DNA from: Candidatus Omnitrophica bacterium UBA6253
GTDB taxonomy: Bacteria > Omnitrophota > Gorgyraeia > Gygaellales > Profunditerraquicolaceae
DNA length: 64,000 bases
Direction: 5' to 3'
NCBI GenBank assembly: GCA_002441245.1
Contig: DJVP01000006.1
Coordinates: 7,449-71,448, forward strand
The translations under genes and the position numbers were made by a program. Below, in pieces: positions 20,391-30,529 of the stretch. The notes beneath the pieces were generated by a model that had not been told where the DNA came from, did no database searches, and saw only the letters and a list, made by a program, of their open reading frames with translations. Each line of letters opens with the position of its first letter. The first letter of the stretch is position 1.

Positions 20391-21245
20391 TCATTTTATA
20401 ATCTCGGTACCGATACCTTTGTCGGTGAAAATTTCCAGCAACAATCCGTGCGGAGTGCGCGCATCGATAATATGCGTTTTCTTAACCCCTCCGCTTAATG
20501 CCGAAACACAAGCATTCACCTTAGGGATCATCCCCTGCTGTATAATTTTATTTTCAATCAACCCGCTAACTTCGGCGACCGTTAAGGTAGATATAAAAGA
20601 ACTCTTATCTTCCGCATTACGCATAATCCCTTTGACATTAGTCATCAGGACAAACTTTTCCGCCGGAAGGCTGGCGGCAATACTGGCAGCTGCCTCATCC
20701 GCATTTACATTATAAGCTTTCTTGTCTTTTCCTCTGCCCATAGGCAAAACTACAACCACCCTGTCCTTTTTAAGCTCTTCATTCAATAAACCTGAATTGA
20801 TTTCCTTAATGTTGCCCACCAGGCCGATATCAATCTTGGCCTTCTTCTTCTCTACCTGGATTAAATCATCATTCTTGCCGTTTAGCCCAACAGCCTTTGC
20901 CCCCAGTTCATTGAGCTCCTTTACGATCATATCATTTAATACCTGCAACTCCTCCTCAACCAGCTTCAAGGTTTCTTCATCGGTAACGCGCATACCCTCG
21001 ACAAATTCCGTCTTTTTGCCCGAAGCGCGCATGCGGTCGCTGATATTCGGACCGCCGCCATGTACAAGTATGGTACGTAACCCCATAAAATTCAGAAAAA
21101 CAATATCCTCCAGGACCCCATTGCGGATTTTCATATCGCTCATAATACTTCCGCCGTACTTAATAACAATTACCTTTTTATGGAACTTCTTTATGTAAGG
21201 CAACGCCTCAATCAAAACATCCGCTTTCCTGATCGCTTCTTCCAT
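20391..21245 (-). CDS. argB: Acetylglutamate kinase
   Basis: Amino-acid kinase family (VIKYGGS, LVHGGGP). Confidence 0.9.
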   Translation of the reverse strand: MEEAIRKADVLIEALPYIKKFHKKVIVIKYGGSIMSDMKIRNGVLEDIVFLNFMGLRTILVHGGGPNISDRMRASGKKTEFVEGMRVTDEETLKLVEEELQVLNDMIVKELNELGAKAVGLNGKNDDLIQVEKKKAKIDIGLVGNIKEINSGLLNEELKKDRVVVVLPMGRGKDKKAYNVNADEAAASIAASLPAEKFVLMTNVKGIMRNAEDKSSFISTLTVAEVSGLIENKIIQQGMIPKVNACVSALSGGVKKTHIIDARTPHGLLLEIFTDKGIGTEIIK

Positions 21246-21254
21246 TGTTCCTTT

Positions 21255-22391
21255 CTAGTTGTACTGCGCGTTTATCTTTATATATCCCGGGGTAAGGTCG
21301 GATGTATAAACAGTCGCGCTGGCCTTACCTCTTGATAAACTCACCGTTAATTTAACCTGTTTTTCCTTTAAAGAACCCAGTTTTATTTTTAACTGGCTTT
21401 CTTTAATTTTGAACCCGCTGGCCCCGACAGCCGCAACTACTCTGCCAAAGTTCGGGTTTTCGCCAAAAACCGCGGACTTAAAAAGCGCGGAGTTGGCGAT
21501 ATTTAAAGCTATTTTCTTTGCTTCATGAAAATTATCTGCCTGACAAACATCAATCTGGATAAATTTAGTGGCACCCTCGGCGTCTCTAACTATCATCCTG
21601 GCCAGATCCAGACAAACTAAGCCTAGCGCTTCCGAAAAATCCTGCAAACCTTTACCTTTAGAGATAATGTTATTCCCCGCAGTACCATTAGCCAATACCA
21701 AAACCGTATCATTAGTGCTCATGCAGCCGTCAACAGAAATACAATTAAAGGATTTATCTACGGCAGCGCTCAAGGATTTATTCAGCGCCTGCTTAGTAAT
21801 CCTGGCATCAGTCATAATGAAACAAAGCATAGTTGCCATATCAGGAGCAATCATGCCGGCGCCTTTAGCAATCCCGCAAAGACGCACTATTTTTCCGCCA
21901 ATTTTTAAACTTACGCTCACCTCTTTAGGAAAAGTATCCGTAGTCATAATCGCTTTTTCGGCCCTCTGTATGCCAAAGAGGGATAAACCGGAAACTAGTT
22001 TCGGGATCCCCTGTTTAATCTTAGCTATATCCAGCCTTTTCCCGATGATACCGGTTGAATTTACTAATATACTGCTCTTTGCGATCTTTAATTCCGCGGC
22101 AAGATAACTGCAAGATGCCTCGGCATCATTAATGCCTGCTTTACCGGTAAAACAATTTGCGTTGCCGCTATTGACCAATACAGCCTGGATCTTGCCGGCG
22201 GACTTAAGATGCTTTTTAGATACAATAAGCGGGGCAGCGATAATACTATTGGTGGTAAATTTTGCGCAGGCCAGCGCCGCAGGGTCAGAATACAACAAAG
22301 CCAAATCCGGCTTTGCGGATCTTTTCAATCCACAGGCAACACCATTTGCCTTAAAACCCGCAGGCAGGATAGTTCTTAAGACTTTCTTCAT
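21255..22391 (-). CDS. argJ: Bifunctional ornithine acetyltransferase / N-acetylglutamate synthase
   Basis: ArgJ family with the conserved ATML autoproteolysis site (DMATMLCFI). Confidence 0.9.
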   Translation of the reverse strand: MKKVLRTILPAGFKANGVACGLKRSAKPDLALLYSDPAALACAKFTTNSIIAAPLIVSKKHLKSAGKIQAVLVNSGNANCFTGKAGINDAEASCSYLAAELKIAKSSILVNSTGIIGKRLDIAKIKQGIPKLVSGLSLFGIQRAEKAIMTTDTFPKEVSVSLKIGGKIVRLCGIAKGAGMIAPDMATMLCFIMTDARITKQALNKSLSAAVDKSFNCISVDGCMSTNDTVLVLANGTAGNNIISKGKGLQDFSEALGLVCLDLARMIVRDAEGATKFIQIDVCQADNFHEAKKIALNIANSALFKSAVFGENPNFGRVVAAVGASGFKIKESQLKIKLGSLKEKQVKLTVSLSRGKASATVYTSDLTPGYIKINAQYN

Positions 22392-23434
22392 AGTAATCCG
22401 GCGGTTTCCGGAAATTTATACATAATATTCATATTCTGTACCGCCTGGCTAGAGGCGCCTTTTAATAAATTATCTATAGCACTGATAACAATGATCGTGT
22501 TTCCAAAATCTTTAACTCCAATATCACAAAAATTAGTTTTTACCACATCCTTGATCCTGGGGAAAACGCCATCCGGCTTGATACGGATAAAGGGTTCATT
22601 TTTATAAAACTTCTTAAATAAGTCTGCAATGCTTTTAGCTTTAAGCTTGGCGCCGGAGGCCTTCTTAAGATAAATGGTTGAAAGTATCCCTCTCTCAATA
22701 GGCAGCAGGTGCGGGACAAAAACCACACTTATTTTTTTGCCGGATATTTTTGAGAGCGCCTGATTTATCTCAGGGGAATGTTGATGCACATTCACTTTGT
22801 AAGCCCTGAAATCCCCCTGTACCTCAGAAAACAAAAACTCTTTTTCTAATTTCTTTCCTGCGCCGCTTACCCCGGATTTAGCGTCTATAATTATGGAACT
22901 TAAATCCACTAAGTTTACCGCAAGCAAGGGAGCCAATGCCAAGATTACCGAAGTAGGATAACATCCAGGATTAGCCAGTAGTTTTGCAGTCTTAATACCT
23001 GCCCGGTATAGCTCAGGCAATCCGTAAACCGCATTTTTTAAGTTAGTCTTATCCTCATGTCTGACTTTGTAAAATTTTTCATATACAGACGGATTGACCA
23101 ACCGGTAGTCAGCGCTTAGGTCTATGACTTTCTTTCCCAAGCTTAAAAGCTTTGGCACAAATTTCATGGACACGGTATGCGGCAAGGTCAGAAATACCAG
23201 GTCACAGTCTTTCTTAATCTTAAGCCAGTCGGGCTTTGAACAAACCAGATCAAGCCGGTGTTTAAATTTCGGGAAGATATCGGAGATAACTTGGGCGCCC
23301 CGACCGCCCTTGCCGGAATTAAAAAGATGCGTAATCCTTGCATGGGGATGATTGAGCAAAAGCTCAATAAGCACCTCTCCTGTATGCCCGGTCGCGCCAA
23401 TTATGCCAACATTAATTATCATTTGATTCTCCAT
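22388..23434 (-). CDS. argC: N-acetyl-gamma-glutamyl-phosphate reductase; the true start is probably the second ATG at 23422 (MIINVGIIGATGHTG)
   Basis: GATGHTG Rossmann motif and catalytic Cys motif (PGCYPTS). Confidence 0.9.
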   Translation of the reverse strand: MENQMIINVGIIGATGHTGEVLIELLLNHPHARITHLFNSGKGGRGAQVISDIFPKFKHRLDLVCSKPDWLKIKKDCDLVFLTLPHTVSMKFVPKLLSLGKKVIDLSADYRLVNPSVYEKFYKVRHEDKTNLKNAVYGLPELYRAGIKTAKLLANPGCYPTSVILALAPLLAVNLVDLSSIIIDAKSGVSGAGKKLEKEFLFSEVQGDFRAYKVNVHQHSPEINQALSKISGKKISVVFVPHLLPIERGILSTIYLKKASGAKLKAKSIADLFKKFYKNEPFIRIKPDGVFPRIKDVVKTNFCDIGVKDFGNTIIVISAIDNLLKGASSQAVQNMNIMYKFPETAGLL

Positions 23435-23443
23435 ATTGAATCA
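23424..23443. promoter_or_regulatory. Inverted repeat TGATTC-N8-GAATCA spanning the argC ribosome-binding/start region; candidate repressor operator or mRNA hairpin
   Basis: Exact 6-bp arms seen directly. Sits immediately downstream of the predicted -10 box. Confidence 0.35.
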
Positions 23444-23471
23444 TAATAGAATAAAATCCATCTCCCGTCAA
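23443..23471 (-). promoter_or_regulatory. Sigma70-like promoter TTGACG-N17-TATTAT for the arg operon
   Basis: Minus-strand hexamers at plus 23466..23471 and 23443..23448 with a 17-nt spacer. Confidence 0.4.
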
Positions 23472-23581
23472 GGATTTTTCTCGTCGGAATAGAAAAATGC
23501 CCTAAGAGCGTCCGTCAATAAAATCCATTTGTTTATACGGGTATCTAAAAACTTGCAGAGGATTCCAGATGTTGTATAAAC

Positions 23582-23606
23582 AAAAAATCCCGCTTTCCAG
23601 CGGGAT
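23582..23606 (-). terminator. Rho-independent terminator of the rplM-rpsI operon
   Basis: Stem ATCCCGCT/AGCGGGAT with a TTCC loop, followed on the minus strand by TTTTTT. Lies 40 nt downstream of the rpsI stop. Confidence 0.7.
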
Positions 23607-23647
23607 CGTTTGCGAAATTATTTTTTATATAAAAGGCGTTTTTCCTC

Positions 23648-24043
23648 CTACCTCTTAGTCCACTGGAAGCGCTTACGCGCGCCCTTCAATCCGTACTTCT
23701 TGCGCTCTTTCATACGCGGATCGCGCGTCAAATATCCGTTTTTACGGAAGATATCTTTAAAATTAGAATCCGCGATCAAAAGTGCCCTGGCAATACCTAA
23801 ACGCAAAGCTCCTGCCTGGCCGGTCAAACCTCCGCCATTAAGCCTGGCTGCGATATTAAACTTAGCCGCGCTCTCCGTAATCACCAAAGGCTGCTTAGCG
23901 ATAATCCTGTCGGTTTCACGCAAGAAATATTTTTCAAAAGGGCGGCCGTTAATCGTAATCTGGCCATTGCCGGGTTCCATACGTACTCTGGCGGTTGATT
24001 CCTTGCGCCTGCCTAACGCTATATATTTAGTTGTTCCATTCAT
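23648..24043 (-). CDS. rpsI: 30S ribosomal protein S9
   Basis: C-terminal GLKGARKRFQWTKR is an S9 hallmark. Confidence 0.95.
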   Translation of the reverse strand: MNGTTKYIALGRRKESTARVRMEPGNGQITINGRPFEKYFLRETDRIIAKQPLVITESAAKFNIAARLNGGGLTGQAGALRLGIARALLIADSNFKDIFRKNGYLTRDPRMKERKKYGLKGARKRFQWTKR

Positions 24044-24049
24044 TTATCC

Positions 24050-24481
24050 TTAAACCTCCAAGACGATCGGTTTTACCCCGGTCAATTTATGCTTATCATC
24101 CGCATAAACCCTTAATTTCTTAATTAAATCCCTGCCCAATGGCCCGATAGGAAGCATTCTTTCCACCGCCAAATGTATAACCGTAGTCGGACTTTTAACT
24201 AAAAGCTTCTCCAAAACTATCTCACGCTGGCCGCCCGGATAACCAGAATACCTGCTATAAGTCTTTTGTTTAAGCTTACGGCCGGTAACCTTAATCTGGC
24301 TGGCATTAATCACAATTACTCCATCCCCGGTATCAATATGCGGAGTAAAGATAGGTTTATGCTTGCCCCTCAAGATAGTGGCAACCTTAGCTGCCAATCT
24401 TCCAAGGATTTTTCCCTTGGCGTCGACAATATACCACTTTCTTTTAATGTCTTCTGGTCTTGCTGTATAAGTCCTTTTCAT
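24050..24481 (-). CDS. rplM: 50S ribosomal protein L13
   Basis: MKRTYTARPEDIKRKWYIVDA N-terminus typical of L13. Confidence 0.95.
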   Translation of the reverse strand: MKRTYTARPEDIKRKWYIVDAKGKILGRLAAKVATILRGKHKPIFTPHIDTGDGVIVINASQIKVTGRKLKQKTYSRYSGYPGGQREIVLEKLLVKSPTTVIHLAVERMLPIGPLGRDLIKKLRVYADDKHKLTGVKPIVLEV

Positions 24482-24490
24482 AGAAAATTA

Positions 24491-24518
24491 ATTATAGCAA
24501 AATAATAAATAAAGTCAA
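24491..24518 (-). promoter_or_regulatory. Strong sigma70-like promoter TTGACT-N16-TATAAT upstream of rplM, ending only 9 nt before the start codon
   Basis: Consensus-like hexamers seen on the minus strand. No SD is visible between the -10 and the ATG. Confidence 0.4.
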
Positions 24519-24579
24519 ATCTTTTTTTAATGGAGCATAACCTACCCCGGGCATCCTGGCACAGATTATTTTGCCTGAA

Positions 24580-25341
24580 TTAATACCTAACCTTGACTAA
24601 ACACAATCCTTTTGCCGGAAGGGCCGGGCCAGCAAGTTTACGGTTACGCGCTTCTAAAATCTTTCGCATGCTACCTTTTAAGAACCTCCCCCTGCCTATT
24701 TCCAACAATGTACCGGCGATATTCCTGACCATATTATACAAAAAACTATCTGCCTCTATATCAATATGGAGAAGGTCTTTATCCTTGATAATCCTGATAC
24801 TCTTAATTGTACGCATAGGATTCCTGTATCTTAACTCAGCAGCCTGGAATGATTTAAAGTTATGCCTCCCCAAGAGCACCTTTGCTTCTTTTCGCATCGC
24901 CCCTAAGTCCAAGGGGTGATGAAAGAAATAAACCCTGGAGGCCAAAAGCGGGGATGAATATTTACGATTCAGGATTGAATAACGGTAGAGTTTGGATTTA
25001 GCACAAAAACGGCTGTTAAAACCCGGATCGACTTTACTTATCCGGGTTATCTTAACATCCTCGGGTAATAAACAATTCAATGCCCAGCGCAGCCTTTGCA
25101 AAGGCATGCTGGTAGAACTCTTGAAATTAGCAACCTGTGAAAGAGCATGTACGCCTGAATCCGTGCGCCCAGCGACAATAAGCTTAATATTTTCCTGCAA
25201 CAGTTTTCTAAGGACCTGCTCTAAAACATATTGAATTGTCCTCTTGGGCTGGTAATGCGCGCTGGCCTTTGTTTTATTTTGCACCTGCCAGCCATGGTAG
25301 GCTGAGCCGTCGTATTCTATTTCAAGCTTGAAATTATGCAT
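24580..25341 (-). CDS. truA: tRNA pseudouridine(38-40) synthase
   Basis: IEYDGSAYHGWQ and RTDSGVHA catalytic Asp motif. Confidence 0.9.
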   Translation of the reverse strand: MHNFKLEIEYDGSAYHGWQVQNKTKASAHYQPKRTIQYVLEQVLRKLLQENIKLIVAGRTDSGVHALSQVANFKSSTSMPLQRLRWALNCLLPEDVKITRISKVDPGFNSRFCAKSKLYRYSILNRKYSSPLLASRVYFFHHPLDLGAMRKEAKVLLGRHNFKSFQAAELRYRNPMRTIKSIRIIKDKDLLHIDIEADSFLYNMVRNIAGTLLEIGRGRFLKGSMRKILEARNRKLAGPALPAKGLCLVKVRY

Positions 25342-26345
25342 TCAGCAATTTGGACAGCATTAGTAGCAGCGCCTTTACGCAGGTTGTCCGCTACAACCCA
25401 CAACCACAGACCTTTTTTATTAAAGGCATCCTGGCGGATACGGCCGACAAAGGTCTCATCCTTGCCTTCTACATCTTTAGGCATAGGATAAAGGTTATTC
25501 TTTAAGTCATCCATAACAACTATACCTGCGCTTTTGGCGAGGATTTTTCTCGCACCATCAGGATCAATGGCTTTTTCAACCTCGATATAAATTGATTCCG
25601 AATGGCCTGTCCTTACCGGAACGCGGACCGTGGTAGCTGAAATTTTAATCTTTGGAGCATGCATAATTTTATGGGTTTCTTTAACCAACTTCCACTCTTC
25701 ATTAGTGTAGCCACATTCCACAAAACTACCAATATGCGGAAAACAATTATAAGCTAACTGTTGCGGCATTGACTTATTCACGCCATCAGCCTGCAGGCTA
25801 TTGAATCCCCCCTGGGCAATCCGGGCATTCTCATTATTTAACTGTTCAACAGCAGCTTTACCCGCGCCGCTGGATGCCTGTAAAGTAGTAACAATAATTC
25901 TCTTGATACGGAACCTCTTATGAATCGGATTAAGCGCTACAACCATCTGGATTGTAGAACAATTCGGATTAGCGATAATCCCCTTATGCTTTTTAACATC
26001 AACAGCATTTACTTCAGGGACCACCAGCGGAACCTTAGGATCCATGCGGAAATCCGCTCCATTATCAATAACCACAGCCCCTCTCTTAACCGCCTCGGCA
26101 GCATAGGTAACCGCGGCGCCTTTTTCACCTTCGGTTCCGGCAAACAAAGCAATATCTATCTTATCAAAACCCTCAGGAGTAATCGGTTTAACTGAATACT
26201 TCTGGCCATCCACATCTATATCCCTAGCTGAACGGGCAAATACGCGCAATTCCCCAATTGGAAAATTCCGCTGTTTTAAAACACGCAACATCTCTATTCC
26301 AACCACGCCTGCGCCGACCACAGCAACATTATATCTTTTCATCAA
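25317..26345 (-). CDS. asd: Aspartate-semialdehyde dehydrogenase
   Basis: VVGAGVVG NAD-binding motif and catalytic Cys (IANPNCSTI). Confidence 0.9.
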   Translation of the reverse strand: MMKRYNVAVVGAGVVGIEMLRVLKQRNFPIGELRVFARSARDIDVDGQKYSVKPITPEGFDKIDIALFAGTEGEKGAAVTYAAEAVKRGAVVIDNGADFRMDPKVPLVVPEVNAVDVKKHKGIIANPNCSTIQMVVALNPIHKRFRIKRIIVTTLQASSGAGKAAVEQLNNENARIAQGGFNSLQADGVNKSMPQQLAYNCFPHIGSFVECGYTNEEWKLVKETHKIMHAPKIKISATTVRVPVRTGHSESIYIEVEKAIDPDGARKILAKSAGIVVMDDLKNNLYPMPKDVEGKDETFVGRIRQDAFNKKGLWLWVVADNLRKGAATNAVQIAECIISSLK

Positions 26346-26346
26346 A

Positions 26347-27402
26347 TTACCCCTTCAGGTTTTTAACTACCAAGTCACCAATCTGGCTGGTCGAATAACC
26401 CATTTTCCCGGCGGCCAGCGACTTTATATCATTATTTACAATTCCAATTACTGCCTGCTCAATTGCCTGAGCAGCCTGCGCCTCACCCATATTATCAAGC
26501 ATCATACCAAGAGCACAGATCGCAGCCAACGGATTAATCACATTTTTACCGGTATATTTTGGGGCGCTTCCTCCGATAGGCTCAAACATGGACACGCCTT
26601 GCGGATTAATATTTCCGCCTGCAGCAATCCCCATGCCGCCCTGGATCATTGCCCCTAAATCCGTAATGATATCTCCGAATAAGTTATCAGTAACAATCAC
26701 ATCAAACCATTCGGGGTTCTTCACAAACCACATAGTCGTCGCATCCACGTGCGCATAATCAGTGGTTACATCCGGGTATTCTTTAGCTACCTCATTAAAT
26801 GTTCGCTGCCAAAGATCCCAGGCGTAAGTTAAAACATTGGTCTTGCCACAAAGGGTTAATTTCTTCTGTTTATTACGTTTACGTGCACATTCAAAAGCAT
26901 AGCGGATGCAGCGTTCTACTCCCTTGCGCGTATTATAAGAAATCTGGATTGCGATTTCTTCTTTAGTCCCTTTATCTTTAAATTCCCCCATACCTTTATA
27001 TAAGCCTTCGGAGTTTTCGCGCACGACCACAAAATCGATATCTTCGGGTGTTTTATCTTTCAAAGGGCAATACGCGGAATTATAAAGTTTTACCGGCCGA
27101 AGGTTGATATATTGATCAAGAGCAAATCTCAACTTAAGCAAAACCCCTGTTTCAATGATTCCAGGTTTAACTTCAGGATCACCCACAGCACCGAGATAAA
27201 TCGCGTTGTATTTCTTTAGTTCTTCAACATCATTATCATCAACAAGTTTGCCGGTTTTCAGATATCTCTGGCCGCTAAAATCAAAAAATTTGGTTTCATA
27301 TTTAAAATCGAATCTTTCCCCGGCTTTCTCCAAAACCTTAAGACCTTCATTGACTACCTCCGGGCCGGTCCCATCTCCGGGTATAACCGCAATTTTATAC
27401 AT
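26347..27402 (-). CDS. leuB: 3-isopropylmalate dehydrogenase
   Basis: Isocitrate/isopropylmalate dehydrogenase family (NLFGDIITD). Adjacent to leuCD. Confidence 0.9.
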   Translation of the reverse strand: MYKIAVIPGDGTGPEVVNEGLKVLEKAGERFDFKYETKFFDFSGQRYLKTGKLVDDNDVEELKKYNAIYLGAVGDPEVKPGIIETGVLLKLRFALDQYINLRPVKLYNSAYCPLKDKTPEDIDFVVVRENSEGLYKGMGEFKDKGTKEEIAIQISYNTRKGVERCIRYAFECARKRNKQKKLTLCGKTNVLTYAWDLWQRTFNEVAKEYPDVTTDYAHVDATTMWFVKNPEWFDVIVTDNLFGDIITDLGAMIQGGMGIAAGGNINPQGVSMFEPIGGSAPKYTGKNVINPLAAICALGMMLDNMGEAQAAQAIEQAVIGIVNNDIKSLAAGKMGYSTSQIGDLVVKNLKG

Positions 27403-27499
27403 CGAGCACCTCTTAGCTTTTATTTAACGAGATCCCGCGGAGCGCTCCAAAATTATCGAAGAAAATTCTGGAGCTAACTACAGAACGGGATATTTGTCA

Positions 27500-27991
27500 T
27501 TACTTTACTGCCTGTTTTTTAATATAATTAATCAGGCCGCCACACTCCACAATCTGCTGCAGGAATTCCGGGAAGGCCTGTGTTTTAAATTGCTTGTTCT
27601 GGGTCATATTATTAATCAACCCTGTAGATAAATCTATTTCAACAATATCTCCATTATTAATTTTATCCACATCCGCCGATTCCAAAAACGGCAAGCCTAT
27701 ATTTATGGCATTTCTAAAGAAAATAGCAGCAAAACTTTTGGCAATTACTGCAGAAATCCCGCATCCCTTAATCGCCAGAGGCGCATGCTCCCTGCTCGAT
27801 CCACAGCCAAAATTATTTCCAGCGACAATTATATCCCCAGGACTGACCGCCTGGGAAAAATCAGGGTTTATGGTTTCCATGCAATGCTTGCCTAGCTCCT
27901 GCGCATCGGTAGAAACCAGATACTTTGCCGCAATAATATCATCAGTGTTTATATCATCGTTGAATTTATGGACTTTACCTTTAATAATCAT
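27500..27991 (-). CDS. leuD: 3-isopropylmalate dehydratase small subunit
   Basis: Aconitase swivel domain (FGCGSSREHA). Confidence 0.9.
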   Translation of the reverse strand: MIIKGKVHKFNDDINTDDIIAAKYLVSTDAQELGKHCMETINPDFSQAVSPGDIIVAGNNFGCGSSREHAPLAIKGCGISAVIAKSFAAIFFRNAINIGLPFLESADVDKINNGDIVEIDLSTGLINNMTQNKQFKTQAFPEFLQQIVECGGLINYIKKQAVK

Positions 27992-27997
27992 ATTTAG

Positions 27998-29257
27998 CTA
28001 CCTTATTTTATCAGGATGCGTAATTCTTCCCGTGATCGCACTCGCTGCGGCTACCGCCGGGTTAGAAAGATAAACAAATGATTTTGGGCTGCCCATTCTT
28101 CCTAAAAAGTTCCTGTTGGTTGTAGCAATGGCCGCCTCTCCATCAGCTAGAATACCCATATGCCCTCCTAAACACGGTCCACAGGTCGGGGTTGAGAAAA
28201 CACCGCCGGCCCTGACAAAAATCTCCGCAAGTCCTTCTTTAACCGCTTGTAAATAAATTTTTTGCGTTGCCGGAAAAATAATTAGCTTAACCCCCCGGAA
28301 TACCTTTTTACCCTTAAGCAAAGAGGCAGCGATACGTAGATCTGAAATCCGGCCGTTAGTACATGAGCCGATAACCGCCTGATCAATTTTTATGCCTTTC
28401 AGGCTGTTGACTGGCTTTGTATTGCTAGGCAGATGCGGGCAGGCAACCTGCGGCTCAAGCCCCGTAACATCCCATTCATATATTTTCTCATAACTGGCAT
28501 CTTTATCGGAATAATAAAATTTAGACTTACGTTTAAAACCAGCGACATATTTCTTAGTCTTTTCATCCGGTTCAATTAAGCCTGCCCTTGCCCCGGCTTC
28601 AATAGCCATATTACTCATGGAGAACCTGTCATCCATACCAAGCCTGCGGATTACCGGTCCGGAAAATTCCATTACCTTATATAGGGCTCCATCTACTCCG
28701 ATCTGGCCTATGGTGTAAAGAATAAGATCTTTGCCTCCCACCCACTTATTTAATTTACCTTTATATATAAACTTTATGGATGCCGGGACCCTTAACCAGC
28801 ATTTGCCGTCAATATAAGCGCGGGCTAAATCAGTCGACCCCATGCCGGTGGCATAAGCCCCCAGCGCGCCATAGGTACAGGTATGCGAATCCGCTCCGAC
28901 AATTAAATCCCCTGGCAAAACAATCCCTTGCTCAGGAAGCAAGGCATGCTCAATGCCCATGCATCCGATTTCAAAATAATTCTTTATCCCCTGCTCTTTG
29001 GCAAAATCAGCTAAAACCCTGCATTGATTGGCGCTTTTTAAATCCTTAGCCGGGGCAAAATGATCCGGGACCAGGACAATTTTATTTTTGTTAAAAACCT
29101 TCTTGAACCCGGATTTCTTAAACTCTGAAATAGCCAAGGGGGCAGTGATATCGTTAGCCAAAGCCACATCAACCTTAGCCTGGATAAATTCACCGGGTTT
29201 AATTGATTTTTGGCCTGAGTGCTTTAATAAGATTTTTTCCGCTATTGTATAACCCAT
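27998..29257 (-). CDS. leuC: 3-isopropylmalate dehydratase large subunit
   Basis: Aconitase family Fe-S cysteines (CTNGR, GPCLGGH). Confidence 0.9.
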   Translation of the reverse strand: MGYTIAEKILLKHSGQKSIKPGEFIQAKVDVALANDITAPLAISEFKKSGFKKVFNKNKIVLVPDHFAPAKDLKSANQCRVLADFAKEQGIKNYFEIGCMGIEHALLPEQGIVLPGDLIVGADSHTCTYGALGAYATGMGSTDLARAYIDGKCWLRVPASIKFIYKGKLNKWVGGKDLILYTIGQIGVDGALYKVMEFSGPVIRRLGMDDRFSMSNMAIEAGARAGLIEPDEKTKKYVAGFKRKSKFYYSDKDASYEKIYEWDVTGLEPQVACPHLPSNTKPVNSLKGIKIDQAVIGSCTNGRISDLRIAASLLKGKKVFRGVKLIIFPATQKIYLQAVKEGLAEIFVRAGGVFSTPTCGPCLGGHMGILADGEAAIATTNRNFLGRMGSPKSFVYLSNPAVAAASAITGRITHPDKIR

Positions 29258-29271
29258 GAGGATAATTACTA

Positions 29272-30513
29272 TTACTTGAACTTCTTTACAATAAGAGAGG
29301 CGTTATGCCCACCGAACCCTAAAGAATTAGACATACAGGCTGTTATATTCGCTTTGCGCGCTATATTAGGCACGTAATCCAGGTCACAGTCCGGATCAGG
29401 ATTTTCGTAGTTGATAGTTGGAGGGACAATTCCATCTCTAATCGCCAAACAGCAGGCTACAAACTCCACTCCGCCTGCCGCTCCCAAAAGATGTCCGGTT
29501 ACAGATTTTGTAGAAGAGATCATTACTTTTCTGCTATATTCGCCAAAAGCCTTCTTCACGGATAAAGTTTCGATCTTATCATTTAGTTTAGTTGAGGTTC
29601 CATGCGCATTAATATAAGTCATCTCCGCCGGATTCATTTGCGCGTCTTTTAGCGCCATGGTCATTGACTGAGCAGCTCCCGCACCATCAGGGTCAGGCGC
29701 GGTTATATGATAAGCGTCGCAACTCATACCGTAGCCAGCAATTTCAGCGATAATATTAGCATTCCTTTTCTGGGCATGTTCTAAACTCTCTAAAACAACC
29801 AAACCGCTCCCCTCGGCCATTACAAAACCATCACGGTCGCGATCAAACGGGCGGCTGGCTTTTTTAGGGTCATCATTCCTGGTGGAAAGCGCCCTTAAGG
29901 CGCAAAAACCACCTACCGCGGTAGGCACTATACAGCTTTCCGTCCCTCCGGTAAGCATCATATCCGCATCTCCATAAAGAATCGTCCTATACGCCTCACC
30001 AATAGCATGCGAACCCGAAGCACAAGCAGTAACCACGCAAGTGTTCGGGCCTTTCAGCCCATGGATAATCGCTACCAAGCCACTTGCTTCATTAACAATA
30101 AGCATGGGGATAAAAAACGGGGATAACCTGGAAGGGCCTTTGCTAAGTAAAATCTTATGTTCTTCTTCAACAGTATGCAGGCTGCCGATACCTGAGCCAA
30201 TGATCGTTCCTATGCGGCTCCTATCTTCTTTATTCAAATCCAAACCAGAAGATTCCATTGCCTGTTTAGCTGCAGCTACGGCAAACTGCACAAACCTTGC
30301 AGTTCTTTTGATATCCTTAAGGGAAATTCCGTATTTGGTAGGGTCAAAATCTTTTACCTCCGCGGCAATACGGGAATCAAAACCTGCCGCATCAAAACTG
30401 GTATTCGGCCCAACCCCGCTTTTGCCATCAATTAAAGATTGCCAAAAGCTGGATATATCATTGCCTACCGGCGTAATTACGCCTAAGCCTGTAATTACCA
30501 CTCTTTTCTTCAT
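29272..30513 (-). CDS. fabF: 3-oxoacyl-ACP synthase II
   Basis: KAS-II fold with active-site Cys (TACASG) and His-His (HGTST, GHNAS). Confidence 0.9.
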   Translation of the reverse strand: MKKRVVITGLGVITPVGNDISSFWQSLIDGKSGVGPNTSFDAAGFDSRIAAEVKDFDPTKYGISLKDIKRTARFVQFAVAAAKQAMESSGLDLNKEDRSRIGTIIGSGIGSLHTVEEEHKILLSKGPSRLSPFFIPMLIVNEASGLVAIIHGLKGPNTCVVTACASGSHAIGEAYRTILYGDADMMLTGGTESCIVPTAVGGFCALRALSTRNDDPKKASRPFDRDRDGFVMAEGSGLVVLESLEHAQKRNANIIAEIAGYGMSCDAYHITAPDPDGAGAAQSMTMALKDAQMNPAEMTYINAHGTSTKLNDKIETLSVKKAFGEYSRKVMISSTKSVTGHLLGAAGGVEFVACCLAIRDGIVPPTINYENPDPDCDLDYVPNIARKANITACMSNSLGFGGHNASLIVKKFK

Positions 30514-30529
30514 GGTTATCTAACATAAT

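Noticed and set aside
27403-27499. Weak 6-bp hairpin (GCTCCA...TGGAGC) between leuB and leuD as an attenuator
   Set aside because: Short stem, 19-nt loop, no U-tract; not distinguishable from chance in AT-rich sequence.
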